In this document: positions 1 to 12,540 of the stretch, piece after piece | Position numbering within the stretch: position 1 is the stretch's first letter | Layout: every line of letters begins with the position of its first letter | Assembly (NCBI GenBank): GCA_964016885.1 | Contig: OZ024743.1 | Span: 127,596,001-127,660,000 of the forward strand | Length of the DNA: 64,000 nucleotides | Direction of reading: 5' to 3' | From: Eledone cirrhosa | Lineage: Eukaryota | Position numbers and translations under genes: made by a program | The notes under the pieces: generated by a model | The model's database searches: none | What the model saw: the letters and a program-made list of their open reading frames with translations, nothing else | Told to the model about the DNA's origin: nothing

Positions 1-590
1 TGGACACGTGATGCGCATGAAAGTCGATAGCTGTATAACAAAGTGCAGGGCAATAAAGATAGACGGTAGCCACGGAATAGGCAGACCTAGAAAAACCTGG
101 GACGAGCTGATAAACTCCGACCTCACACACTTACACCTCTCCAAGACAATGTCACTGGACCAAGACCTTTGGCGGTACTCAGTAACAGAGAAGACCCGCC
201 TTACCTAAATACATAGTAAAACCTACTACAGCCAGTAGGCATCTCTAACAAAATACCCCCCCCCCCCACCCCATCCACACCACCCCGTTCTATGTAAAGT
301 GATGTTGGTGCCACACCATCCAGGCCGAAACAAATGAGATCGTGTAGGTGTCACGACATAAAAACACACAGTTCACGCTGTAATGTGGCCGTGTAGGCAA
401 CATGGTAAAAACCTCCCAGACCCACACTGTAAATGTGGTTGGTGTTAGGAAGGGCATCCAACTGTAGAAAACCTGCCAGACAGTCCTATGCGAGCAAGAC
501 AATCAATCTTGCCTCAAGTGGGAAAACCCCTTCCAAACCCATGCAAGCGTGGAACACGGACGTTAAACGTTGATGATGATGATGATGATG
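1..590 (+). mobile_element. RTE-clade LINE 3' end (ORF C-terminus, 3' UTR, (GAT)n tail)
   Basis: ORF 8..208 GHVMRM...GRPRKTW motif; 3' UTR nearly identical to 15399-15817; ends in (GAT)n then (TA)n. Confidence 0.9.
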
Positions 591-616
591 ATATATATAT
601 ATATATATATATATAT

Positions 617-1233
617 AGGAAAAGAGCCAGAACCCTGACGGCTGAGCTCCAGCAGTTTCGACAGCTATATCCGAACTAAGCCAGCAGTATTGGAATGGTG
701 GGAATCTAGCTGAACTTATCAAGAGGTACAGTCCATATATGGGCATGCAGTCAAAACAAAGAGAACAGAAATATCAAAGCAAATGATATTTCTTTTTTTT
801 TTTGTTTTGACAGCATGTCCATATATGGACTGTACTCCGTGATAAGTTCAGCTAGATTCCCGCCGTTCTAATACTGCTGGCTTAGTTTGGATCTAGCGGT
901 CTAAACAGCCGGAGTTCAGCCGTCGGGATCCTACCCTGAGTATCGAGTACTCTGGTGCATTATGGTCCACCTGGTATCTTACCACACCTTTGTTTTAACG
1001 ACATCACAACTTTCTCCGGCTTAGCCTGTTCCCCCCCTTTTTGGAGCTTTCCCCCGTTGATGGGCGTGAGCCCGAAATATTGGGATTAAATCTCCACTAC
1101 AGTAACCCTTCTACCTTTGTTTTGTTTTCATCTTTGTCTCTCTCAATTTTCACTTTCTCCTATTTCTCCTATCTATCATTCACTTCCTACCTCGAGATTT
1201 CCCATCTGCATTGTTGTGGCTTTCTAAACTACG

Positions 1234-1240
<7 letters not shown>
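617..1240. mobile_element. Fold-back + tail element, family B (long copy) with degenerate hammerheads
   Basis: Inverted arms ~617-785 / ~785-935; homologous to 21651-21846 and 56117-56311; arms contain TGATAA...GAAAC-stem-GTC; flanked by (TA)n. Confidence 0.75.
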
Positions 1241-1273
<33 letters not shown>

Positions 1274-1277
<4 letters not shown>

Positions 1278-2283
1278 AAACAGCAGTTGGAAGCAAGAGG
1301 ACTGAGAGTGAACCTAGCTAAGACAAAAGTGTTGATGAGTAGAAAAGAGGACAAAACTCAGATTCCGTCAGGGAAATGGCCATGTTCGATATGCAGAAAA
1401 GGAACTGGCATAAATTCTATAAAATGCACACAATGCAGATCCTGGGTACAAAAGAGATGTAGTGGGAGAGCAGGCAAACTAACAGGTAGGGAGAAATATG
1501 TATGCAGTAGATGTACATGGAAATTAGACAGTAGAAGTCGCATTGATAGACACATTTTTCAAATGCATGCGGGTGCTATAGAAGTGGTGGATAGCTTCCC
1601 GTACCTAGGAGATCAGATTAGCATGGGAGGGGTGTGTTCCGAGGCCATAGTATCTAGAATAAGGATGGGTTGGAAGAAGTTTAGCGAGCTGCTTCCTCTG
1701 CTGACGAAGAAGGGTTTCTCCTTGCGTACGAAAGGCCGGTTATATGATGTCTGTGTGAGGAGTGCGATGCTGCATGGTAGTGAGACATGGGCAGCAACTG
1801 CAGAGAATATGCGACGGCTGGAGAGAAATGAGGCAAGCATGCTCCGTTGGATGTGCAGTGTCAATGTGTGTGAACGACCCAGCATGAATGTGTTGAGAGA
1901 GAAATTGTGTCTGAGAGGGATAGAATGTAGTGTACGGCAGAGGAGACTGAGGTGGTATGGACATGTGATGCGCATGGAGGATGACCGATGGGTGAAGAAG
2001 TGCCAAGAAATGCCAGTTGAGGGAAGACGTGGTAGAGGTAGACCACGAAAAACACGGGCGGAGGTGGTGAGAACAGACCTCAGATCGCTGAAGCTCACGG
2101 TGGAGATGACGAAGGACCGTGACAAGTGGAGAGATGCTGTGCTGAATAAGACCCATCCCACCCTTGCAAGCAGGGAAGAGCAGACGTAAAATGATGATGA
2201 TGATGATGATAGCCAGAATCTGTTCCCGTCCCACCCTTGGAAGCAGGGAAAAGCGGACGTAAAATGATGATGATGATGATGAT
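1274..2283 (+). mobile_element. 5'-truncated RTE LINE (RT C-terminal part, Cys-rich insert), terminal hairpin duplicated
   Basis: ORF GLRVNLAKTKV...WPCSICRKG...YLGD...RRLRWYGHVMR; (GAT)n tail; last ~55 bp repeated at 2229-2283. Confidence 0.92.
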
Positions 2284-2337
2284 ATATATATATATAATGT
2301 GTGCGCTGGTGTGTATGTATGTATATATATATATGTG

Positions 2338-2368
<31 letters not shown>

Positions 2369-2417
2369 GTGTGTGTATGTATATATGTGTGTGTGTATGC
2401 GCGTGTGTGTATGTTTG

Positions 2418-2446
<29 letters not shown>

Positions 2447-2450
<4 letters not shown>

Positions 2451-5400
2451 TGTTATACTTTGGGAGGGTCATGTTGCCAATAAGAAACACACGCACCAGT
2501 TGCTTTCACTTCAATTTATTATAATAAATTTATAAATTTAGGAATTTATAAATTTATAAATTTCTGGTTGGTTGGTTGGTTCCACAACCAGATAGTTGTT
2601 TATATTTTGTCAAAGTTCTTTCGTCACACATTCTGTGACCTTATCAGTGACTGGGGATTCTTTTCTTTGTTTTTATGCCTCTCCTTTGTTCTCTCCTACG
2701 CCATTTTGTTTCTGTGTGTGTGTTGTGTGCTCAGTCTGCGCATGTGCCACATCCGGGTGTCTGTGTATGTTTATATTTGTTTATTTATTTGTTTATTTAC
2801 ATGTTACAGGTTGGTTGTTTGTTCTATGTGTGTGTGTGTTTTCATTTTATCCTTAATTGTAAGTTGTGATGTTGCTGTTCCACTCATATTTTCTATTTAA
2901 TTTTGGTTGTAATTCTTTTATGTTTATTGCCTCTGTGATTTGTCTAAACATTGCGTCTTTTTTGTGTGTAGATTCTATTTTTATTTCTATGTTCTCTAAT
3001 TTACCCTTATGTTCTATTTTAGCATGTTGGTAGAGTACAGATGATTCTTTACTATCTTGAAGGTCTCGCCAGTGTTCATTTATCCGTTCCCCTACACTAC
3101 GGGCTGTCTCACCTATGTACACTATATTTTTGTCTCTACATTGTCCTTCAGTACATCTTATGCTATACACTACATTTCTAGTTTTACAGTTAATATGGGG
3201 GTTTATTTTACAGGTTATACATTTCTTATCTATACAGGGGGGTCTTTGAAAAGGGTATGTCTTGCTAATAAGTGTTTTTACGGAGGTACCTGGTCTTTCT
3301 ACTATCTTAATATTGAGTTTATGTTTATCTAGGGCCCTTCTAAATTTGTAAGCTAATTCACCACTAGGGGTTGTATCGATGAATATTACACTCTGGTATT
3401 TATTGCTATCATACCATGAGTTTATTGTATTAGCCTTATTCCTAGTTCTTTCTATTCTATTCCAAAATTTGCTCCTATACAAGGGGCAGGTCCCATTTGT
3501 GTCATTATTTACCATTTTTCCCATTTGGTTCTGGCTCCTCTATACACTCTGATTTTATCTCTCTGATTGTAACCAGAGAACTGCATACGGTGGATGAAGT
3601 GGTGTATGTGTCTCTCTAGTTCTTCGGGGTTGCACATGCGGGATACATTTCTCATCACCCGTACCAAATCCGCAATCAGTATGTTGATTTTGGTATGGTC
3701 CGAAACAGCTGAGTTTCGGTGGATCAGATGTTTGGAAGTCATGGGTTTGGCATAATGGGAATGGAGGATTTGTTTTTTGTTATTAATGGTATCTAACCAG
3801 AGCTCTGTGTCTAGTACAGGTAATCGATGGTTGGGGTGTTTACTTGGGTAGTCTATAGTAACTCTAATACTCTGGTGGATGGAGTTAGCTATTTGCTGGA
3901 TGCTTTCCATTGTGTTTTTCTCTAGTTCCTGACTGTTCTCTAGTGGGGGTGTCTTAACTACGATGTTTATATCATCAACGTAGCGGGAGTACATTATCAG
4001 GGTTAAGGGGTCTTCTAATTGTTCTTTAAGTTTAAGTTTAAGTCTACTGTCCCACCATACCATGAATAAGTTAGCTATGTCGCCTGTAATGCTAACACCA
4101 ATGGCTGTTCCTTCCTCTTGGGCATATGTTTTTCCATTAAATTTGAACATATGTTCCTTAAGGGTTAGTTTTATGCTGGCCCCTACCGCATGTGCAATCA
4201 TTTTCTTCAGTTCATCGTGGTTTTTGGGTGTCCGTATGGCTCTGGTCCACCCGTTCCATCTATCTGTGTGGGTTTTCTTGGCCATTGAGGTAATGGTAGG
4301 TGGTCTATCTCTTGCTGGTCTTGTAGGGCACAGGTTGCTAAGGTCATATGTGTCTAGGTAATTATTACTATAGGTAAGTTTAAGTAGGAGTCCCAGCTCA
4401 CTGGTATCAATCCCACGGAACTCAACATTGCTCTCGCTGATCATTTCTACGCATTTCTCCACAGCAAAATCCACGTCAATAGATGGATACAGGAACACAA
4501 CATCCATACTACCTATTATGCAGTTTGTTAGGTCCCTAGATCGGTTACTCTCGCCGATTTTGCTGAGGAGGTCCTCTGTGCTGTCACATACATCTGGGGA
4601 CATTTCAATGATGGGGCGTATGATCAGGGAGAGGAAGTAGGACAGACTGTAGTTACTAGCAATGTTAGCCCCACAGACTGGCCGTGTTGGTGGTCCCGTG
4701 ACAGGGTCATTTATGGTCTTTTTGAAGCCCATACAACGCCGGCACATCATTGTTCCAGGCCATGAAGTTGTTGGCAGTCCTTTTGTTGGGCTGCATTATA
4801 TTCGTCCACATCACCATATGGGCATTGAGGGCTTTTTCTCTATCCTCATGCTCCTGTGGTGTTACCTCTCTTGTGTTAGTGATGTGGGGTTGCATTGCCT
4901 GGATGTAGTTTGGCAGGCTGTCAACCGACATTTTGCCAGACTTGTCTGTTTGAAAGCATGCTATCTCTCCGATACGCGAGCGCTGCATGAGCTTACGCAA
5001 GCCATTTGCAGATTTTTCTCCCAGTTGCTGGGCCTCTATTATGCTTCTTGCTATACTGTTCTATAATATTTCTAAGTTCGGATCTAGCTATACTAAATTG
5101 TGCTTCTGTTTGTTCATCGACCTGCGACGGCAATTGCGTGCGTTTGTTAAATTGTAAAGTCGTGGCGTGGACTCGTCGCAGGTCGAACGACTTATCGGAG
5201 GGATTATAAAAAGTAGAGTTCCAGGCTGCTGCTTTATGTGTACTAGTGCTATTGTTAGTTGTGTTGTTTCTATTTCTATTTCTAGAAACAGCCTCATGGT
5301 TGTTTCTATGTCTCTCATAATTATTCCTGTCTCTTTCCACTGGCTCATTGTTATTATCTACTCTATTTTGTGTGTCTGTGTGTTCGTCTTGGTTATTATC

Positions 5401-6036
5401 TTTGTCCATAGTCTCCCTTCTCCTTTTAATCCTATTACTTTCCCATATTTCTGTGATTTCTGTGCTACTGTCATTATTTGTTTTCTGTGTCTGTGTGTTT
5501 GTTAAGATTGTGGTGGTGGTGAGAGGTATTGAATGTGTGTGTGTTGTTGTTGTTGATGTGTGTTGTTGTTGTTGTCTCCGTGTGTGTTATTATTGTTGTG
5601 TGTGTTGTTATTGTTGTTTGTGTCTACGTGTGTGTTGTTGTTTCTGGGTATGTTATTATTGTTGGTGTGTGTGTTGTTATTGTTGTTTGTGTCTGTGTGT
5701 CTGTTGTTGTTGGGATGTGTGTTGTATATGTGTGTGCGTATGTGTATGTTGTTACTTTTGTTTTTATTTTGTTTTTGAGGCTCCAACGTAATTTTGTAAA
5801 TGATTTTTCTATTTCTGACAGACAACTAATCATATTTACCTTCTTGAATGTCGTAAATTTCGGTGATAGAAGTAATACAGATAATTTATCAGGGTCTATT
5901 GCCGTGTTGCCGTATATATTTGTGTTGTTATTGTTGTTGAACTCATCTGTTAATGAGGTGTCGGCCATATTTATACCGTCAATTTTGTCGGGATATCTAT
6001 TGGTATTCTCTACAGTTTCCTGATTTTGTTTTGTCT
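2447..6036 (-). mobile_element. Penelope-like retroelement family A (RT + GIY-YIG), frameshifted
   Basis: ORF 3509..4750: SMDVVFLYPSID, GTAIGVSITGDIAN, SRYVDD; ORF 2853..3524: NVVYSIRC...YIGETARSVGERINEH. Confidence 0.93.
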
Positions 6037-6992
6037 GCTTACAAATTCAGAAGGGCCCTAGATAAACATAAACTCAATATTAAGATAGTAGAAAGACCAG
6101 GTACCTCCGTAAAAACACTTATTAGCAAGACATACCCTTTTCAAAGACCCCCTGTATAGATAAGAAATGTATAACCTGTAAAATAAGCCCCCATATTAAC
6201 TGTAAAACTAGAAATGTAGTGTATAGCATAAGATGTACTGAAGGACAATGTCGAGACAAAAATATAGTGTACATAGGTGAGACAGCCCGTAGTGTAGGGG
6301 AACGGATAAATGAACACTGGCGAGACCTTCAAGATAGTAAAGAATCATCTGTACTCTACCAACATGCTAAAATAGAACATAAGGGTAAATTAGAGAACAT
6401 AGAAATAAAAATAGAATCTACACACAGAAAAGACGCAATGTTTAGACAAATCACAGAGGCAATAAACATAAAAGAATTACAACCAAAATTAAATAGAAAA
6501 TATGAGTGGAACAGCAACATCACAACTTACAATTAAGGACAAAATGAAAACACACACACACATAGAACAAACAACCAACCGGTAACATGTAAATAAACAA
6601 ATAAATAAACAAATATAAACACACACAGACACCCGGATGTGGCGCATGCGCAGACTGAGCACACAACACACACACAGAAACAAAATGGCGTAGGACAGAA
6701 CAAAGGAGAGGCACAAAAACAAAGAAAAGAATCCCCAGTCACTGATGAGGTCACAGAATGTGTGACGAAAGAACTTTGACAATATATAAACAACTATCTG
6801 GTTGTGGAACCAACCAACCAACCAGAAATTTATAAATTCCTAAATTTATAAATTTTGTATAATAAATTGAAGTGAAAGCAACTGGTGCGTGTGTTTCTTA
6901 TTGGCAACATGACCCTCCCAAAGTATAACAATATCGGTTTCAACACACGATTTCAGATAAAGAATCTTGCTAAACAAATTCATAAACGAAAT
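6037..6992 (+). mobile_element. Inverted copy of the family A 3' end (GIY-YIG + pseudo-LTR) with ~60-nt tail
   Basis: Near-identical reverse complement of 2447-3352; extra tail 6934-6992; ends in (TA)n. Confidence 0.93.
6738..6780 (+). ncRNA. Minimal type I hammerhead ribozyme in family A pseudo-LTR (other copies 2609-2651 -, 21253-21297 -, 21404-21448 +)
   Basis: gtca-CTGATGA-g-GTCACA/TGTGAC-GAAA-gaactt-tgac; the 21.4 kb copy has CTGAAGA, a CTA triplet and stem I agtca/tgact; stem III only 2 bp. Confidence 0.65.
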
Positions 6993-7054
6993 ATATATAT
7001 ATTATTTTAATTTCCCAGTCAGTTGGTTTAATGACTGGATGGTTGTTTAATGTT

Positions 7055-7255
7055 GATTGTCATCAAAGCTCTTTGGAAGGAAGCCTCAGTAGAGGTAGAC
7101 CAAGAAAGACCTGGGCAGACATGAGCTGACCTTAAATCGCTAAGACTGGCAGAGGGAATCATGGAGTAACATGGCGAGTGGAGAGATGCTGTGCTGTGTA
7201 GGACACATCCAACCCATGCAAGCATGGTGAAGTGGACGTAAAAACGATGATGATG
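7055..7255 (+). mobile_element. RTE 3' tip
   Basis: GRPRKTW-like sequence, terminal hairpin CCATGCAAGCATGG, (GAT)n. Confidence 0.75.
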
Positions 7256-7276
7256 ATATATATATATATATATATA

Positions 7277-8154
7277 CAGGGTGCGCAATTTTCAACTGCT
7301 AATTTTTGTTGCAAATTTTTTTTACTTCCATTGTCACTCTTGTCTTCATAAAGACAGTGACTATATTTCCATTATTTATTTTCAGAATAATTGATTATGA
7401 ATAATTTTGAACCTCCAAATTTGTTGAAGAGACACGGAGTTCTTCTTGGAATCCGCGCGGCGAGGGCAAATAAGACTAGAAGATCAACTCCCAGAACAAC
7501 AGGTGGCTTGCTGTCTCATCCAAAGACATGCCCAGAGTCATGCAGACAAAGTTTCCAGCGACAACATTGATCTTAGGTGTCGTCAGCAGTCAAGGTGACG
7601 TCATGCCACCTCACTTCTTCCCTGAGGGCCTCAAGCTGAACACCGATGGCTACATCCGTGTTCTGAGTGAGGTAGTAAAGCCCTGGATCGACCAGGTAGC
7701 TGTAGGTAGGCCATATGTGTGGCAGCAAGACTCAGCGCCCTGCCATACCAGCTGAAAGACCCAAGCCTGGCTATTAGAGAACTTCGTCAACCACACTTCA
7801 CCTGACATCTAGCCTCCCAGCTCGCCTGACTGCAACCCCCTCGACTTCTTTGTGTGGGGCGCAGTGGAACGAGACACCAACAGATCTAGCTGCAATACGA
7901 AAGACGATCTGAAGGCCAGGATCACAAGTGCCTTAGGGGCCTAAGTCGGGGGACTGTGACGAAGGCCTGTAGCCAGCTCTGAGGCCGCCTTGAGGCCGTC
8001 ATCAAAGCCAATGGCGGTTTTATCGAGTGAGATCGAAAGAACAAGTCATGAAGACAAACTGACCCAAGTTTGATAAATATATCTTAAAAAATAAAACTAC
8101 TGTGTTATTTTTTCCTAGACAGTAATCTTGCGAACAGATATCGTCCGCACCCTG
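7277..8154 (+). mobile_element. Internally deleted Tc1/mariner (maT-like) DNA transposon
   Basis: TA-CAGGGTGCG...CGCACCCTG-TA termini; WQQDSAPCH and SPDCNPLDFFVW motifs with stops. Confidence 0.88.
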
Positions 8155-8457
8155 TATATACATGTATGTATGTATACATAAACTGATACTCTGTCGATTA
8201 TGGAACAGCTTGCTCATGAAATTCATGTGCAAATGGTTGAGCATTCTGCAGACACGTATACCGTTAAAATAGTTCTCAGGGAGATTCAGTGTGATACAGA
8301 TTGTGACCATGCAGGCCCTTCGAATTACAATTACAATTAATGTTTACCAGCTGAGTGGAGTGGAGCAACTTGAAATAAAGTGTCTTGCTCAGGGATACAG
8401 CACACCACCAGGAATCAAGGAATCAGACTCATGTCCTTAAGATCGTGAGCCAAATAC

Positions 8458-8533
<76 letters not shown>

Positions 8534-8534
8534 T

Positions 8535-9583
8535 CCAAAAACTAGGAAAGAAAATAAAACCCAGATTCTTTCAGAGAAGTGGCCCTGCTCCATATGTTGA
8601 AAAGGAGTAGGCATAAACTCTATACAATGTACATAATGAAAATCTTGGGTACACAAGAGGTGTAGTGGGATAGCAGGTAGACTAACAGGAAGAGAAAACT
8701 TTATGTATAAAAGATGTCAGTGATATAAACTGTTTCACATGAAGGATCCATAGAAGTGGTTGGTAGCTTCTGCCATCTAAGTGACCTAATTAGCATTGAA
8801 AGAAGATGCTCTAGGAACGTAATAACTAGGATAAGGATAGAAGTTTAGAGAGCTACTCCCACTGTTGACAACAAAAGGTTTATTCTTACATACAAAAGTA
8901 TGGTTGCATGATGTTTGTGTGCAAAATTCAATACTGCATGGTAGTGAAACATGGGCAGTGACTGCAGAAGACGTGTAAGATGAAGAGAAATGAAGCTACC
9001 ATGCTTTGTTGGATGTGCAACATAAATGTGAGAGAAAGGCAGAGCCCGGAGGAACTGAGGGAAAAACTGAGTTTAACCTCTTCAGTGCTGTAGATGAGAT
9101 AACGCGTCCTAATATGTTCGAACTCTTTTCCAACAGTTCATAACTTCAAAGCTAGATGGGGTTACTAGTTTATTGATGTGATGTTTGTCAGTCATTCAGA
9201 TATGTATTGTTAATAAATGTTTGTTTAAAAAAAATAGTCATTTTAATGAAAAAACCACCCGGCACAGCAACTGTAGCTGTGTAAAATATACGCGGCAGTC
9301 AATAGATTAAGAGGAATCTGAAGTGGTATGCAAGAGAAAAGACTGTATTGGTACAGACATGTGATGTGTATGGATGATGATTGCTAGGTGAAGGCATGCC
9401 AGGAAATCCCAATGGTAGGAAGCCACAGTAGAGATAGACCAAGGGAAACTTGAGTGGCGTGGTGAGAACTGATTTCAAATCACTGAGACTCACAGAAGAG
9501 ATGAGTGGAGAGATGCTGTGCTGAAAAGGACTTGTCTAACCAATGCAGGCATGGAAAAACAGATGTAAAAATGATAATGATGA
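8535..9583 (+). mobile_element. Degenerate RTE fragment interrupted by a MITE
   Basis: KWPCSIC, LHGSETWA motifs; (GAT)n-like tail. Confidence 0.85.
9077..9306. mobile_element. piggyBac-like MITE (TTAA target duplication)
   Basis: TTAA at 9073-9076 and 9307-9310; removing it restores RTE codons EKLSLRGI; degenerate termini CCTCTTCAGTGC / GCAGTCAATAGA. Confidence 0.7.
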
Positions 9584-9699
9584 CATACACTCTTTTACTT
9601 GTTCCAAGATGGGACACCGTCTTTGTTGCTACACTTTCTATAGCCACCCTCTCTTGATTAGCCATTGATGTACAAGGGAGTATGGCACTTCCCCCTCAT

Positions 9700-9830
9700 T
9701 TGTGTATCTTGGCATACATTTGGCTCATCTGAATCTGAGACTGAAGAATGTCAAGATGCTTCTTGAAAACTTCTACATCTTCCTTATATAGATCTTTCAG
9801 GTTTCTTGGCAACTTACCAAAGAGCTAGCC
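9700..9830 (-). mobile_element. Old LINE C-terminal fragment (CR1/L2-group-like)
   Basis: Minus strand reads LPRNLKDLYKEDVEVFKKHLD, resembling LINE C-termini. Confidence 0.5.
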
Positions 9831-9869
9831 ATTGAATTGTAAGTTATTGCAGTTTCTTAAATCAAGTAA

Positions 9870-11365
9870 TCCACTATATGATCACAACACATGCTAGAAA
9901 CAGCAGGCAAATCTCCCTACAAATCACTCATTTTCATCTAAAAACAAGTGAACTAGTATATATTCAGCCCCAAGTAACACTGTGCTGAACCCCAGATAAT
10001 CCCTGTGTGTTGTCCCACATCAGCTCTCTACTTATCCCTCATTTTTGTTGAACCATTTGTTCACTACACATGCTAGAAATAGCAGCAGCCAAATCTCCCT
10101 CAAATCACTCATTTTTGTCTGAAAGGAATTTAAAGAAGTGAAGCAGTATGTAGTCAATACTAATCCTAGAAATAGTAGCCAAATCCCCTTCAAATAATAT
10201 ATTTTCATCTTAAAACTAGTGAACCAGTATGAGGTCAATAGTAATGTTAGAAATATCAGTCGAATCTCATTCAAATCCCTCATTTTCTTCTGAAAACAAG
10301 TGAACCCCAATGTGATTACTACTAATGCTAGAAATAGCTAACAAATCTTCCTCAGAGCCCTTCATATTCATCTGAAAGTAAGTAAACCACAATATAGTAG
10401 CTACACATTCTAGAAATAGCAGTCAAATCTTCCTCAATTCCCTCATATTTACAAGAAAACAAGTGAAACACAATGTAGTCCCTATTAATTCTAGAAATAA
10501 CAGCCCAAATCCCCATCAATTCCATCATTTTTATCTGAAAACAACTGAACCACTATATGATCAATACATATGCTAAAATTGCAGCCAAATATCCATGAAA
10601 TAACCGATTTCTATTTGAAAACACATGAGTCTCTAAGCAGTCACACACATGCTAGCAGCTAAATTTCCTCTAAATCACTCACTTAAAACAAGTCAACCAG
10701 TATGTTCAATACTGATGCTAGAAATAACAACTGAATCTCCTTTAAATCTCATTTTCATCTGAAAACAAGCAAACCACCATGTGGTCACTACACATACTAG
10801 AAAAAGTAGTAAAGTCTTCAAATCACTGTTTTTTTTATACTAAAGATAAGTGAACTGCGATCTGGTTGCTACACATTCTTGAAAAAGTAGCCAAATTTCT
10901 TTGAAATCCCTCATTTTGCTCTGAAACAAAGGAACCAGTATTTGGTCAATATTAGTGCTAGAAATAGCAGCCAAATCTCTGTCCACTCCTTCATTTTAAT
11001 CTGAGGATGCATGAGTGACTATGGTTAATATACATGCTAGAAACCACAGCCAAATCCTTCATTTCTGTCCGAAAATAAGTGAATCAGCATGTGTCTAGCC
11101 CCAACTCATCTCTCTGTTTAGCCCCAAGTCAACAGTGTTTTTATTCCGAGGTCACGTCTGTGTTTATCTCAATGTCTGCTTTGTGTGTAACCCCAGCTAG
11201 ACTCAACCTTGATTTTAGCCCCAGGTCAGCCCTCATTTTCATCTTAAAACAAGTGAACCACTATTTGGTCTATACAAATACTAGAAATAGCAGCAAAATA
11301 TCCCCCAAATCCTTTATTTTCATCTAAAAATGTGACCCTTTATGTGGTCACTACATATGCTAAGA
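9870..11365. repeat. Diverged tandem array, ~81-bp unit
   Basis: CTAGAAATAGCAGCCAAATC...CTCATTTTCATCTGAAAACAAGTGAACC recurs near 10166, 10247, 10327, 10409, 10490, 10572. Confidence 0.85.
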
Positions 11366-11369
11366 AAGA

Positions 11370-12215
11370 AACATTGCCATTTTATCCAATTCCACACCAA
11401 CAGTTCTGTTATCATACTGTTACTACTTAGGGCTATTGATTTTGCCAAAAATTTAACAGAGACTAATGATTTCAAAGTTGTCATAACAAATGCTTGGAAG
11501 ATTGTGATAAATTTTGATAACAATTTGGATTAAAATGTAAATAGTACCTTCTTTGACATGGACATTGGGGCAAGAGATTCTGTAGTCACATATCCCATTG
11601 GTCTGTTTTTACTTTTCTCCATTAAGAAAGAATTTCCCAATGTAGGCAGTGTTATGTACTGTGATGGTGGTTTATTAACTATGACCAAGTGCAGACTCCA
11701 AGCTATAGATAGCTTTTTTTTACAGTTTCAACTTTTTGATAGTAGTAGATGCAAACTTATCAATGTGGAATTTCCTAGATGTGACCCTAAACCTGTTTAC
11801 TGGCTTGTTTTATCCATATAGAAAGCCAAATGAAATTATGAATTACATAAGTAAATCTTCCAACCATCTCATTTGTATAACTACTAAACTGATTAGAAAC
11901 ATCTCATTGAGGCTATCTTGTTTATCTGCAAACAAGAACATTTAAAAAGATTATTCCACATATGATAATGAAGCTCTGGTTTCAAGCAGATTTAGTGATA
12001 AGGTAGATTACATTATGTACAAGTGTAGCAATTGAAAAAGTAGATCTAGATGCATTATATGGTATAACACACCATATAATATGGAAATGGTCATTCCAAT
12101 AGCTAAAATGTTTCTCATCCTAATTAGAAAGCATTTCTTTCTATACCATAAGATATTTAATAGAAACACTGTCAAAATATCATATTTCATCACATCCAAC
12201 TTTGAACTTAGTATA
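11370..12215 (+). mobile_element. Highly decayed Naiad-type Penelope RT fragment
   Basis: NFLDVTLNLFTGLFYPYRKPNE...SNH and IIWYNTPY motifs shared with the elements at 13-14.6 kb and 24.4-25.2 kb. Confidence 0.75.
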
Positions 12216-12487
12216 CTCATCTCAGAATGCTTTTTTTTAAATTTCTCTACCATTTTCAGATTTTAGTTTGCCCTACTCAAACATTGAGACCAAAATGTAA
12301 AGAATGCAGTTGAAATGACAAACAAACAAGAACTGACATTGACTAATAACACAAACAGCAATACATTCTTATTTACATTTATTAAACACTTTTTATAGAA
12401 AAAAACCATTCCTTGTTTTAGAGAATTTCATCAATGGGCAAAGGCTTGTTGCTTGTTTGTTTCTTTATATATGCATGTAGTGTATAC

Positions 12488-12539
<52 letters not shown>

Positions 12540-12540
<1 letters not shown>

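Noticed and set aside
2095-2900. Hydrophobic YIYI/CVCV/THTH ORFs here and throughout the window
   Set aside because: Translations of microsatellites or antisense TE sequence.
9609-9838. Plus-strand exon candidate (AG| ... |GTAAGT)
   Set aside because: Early stops in the frames checked; better explained as a minus-strand LINE fragment.
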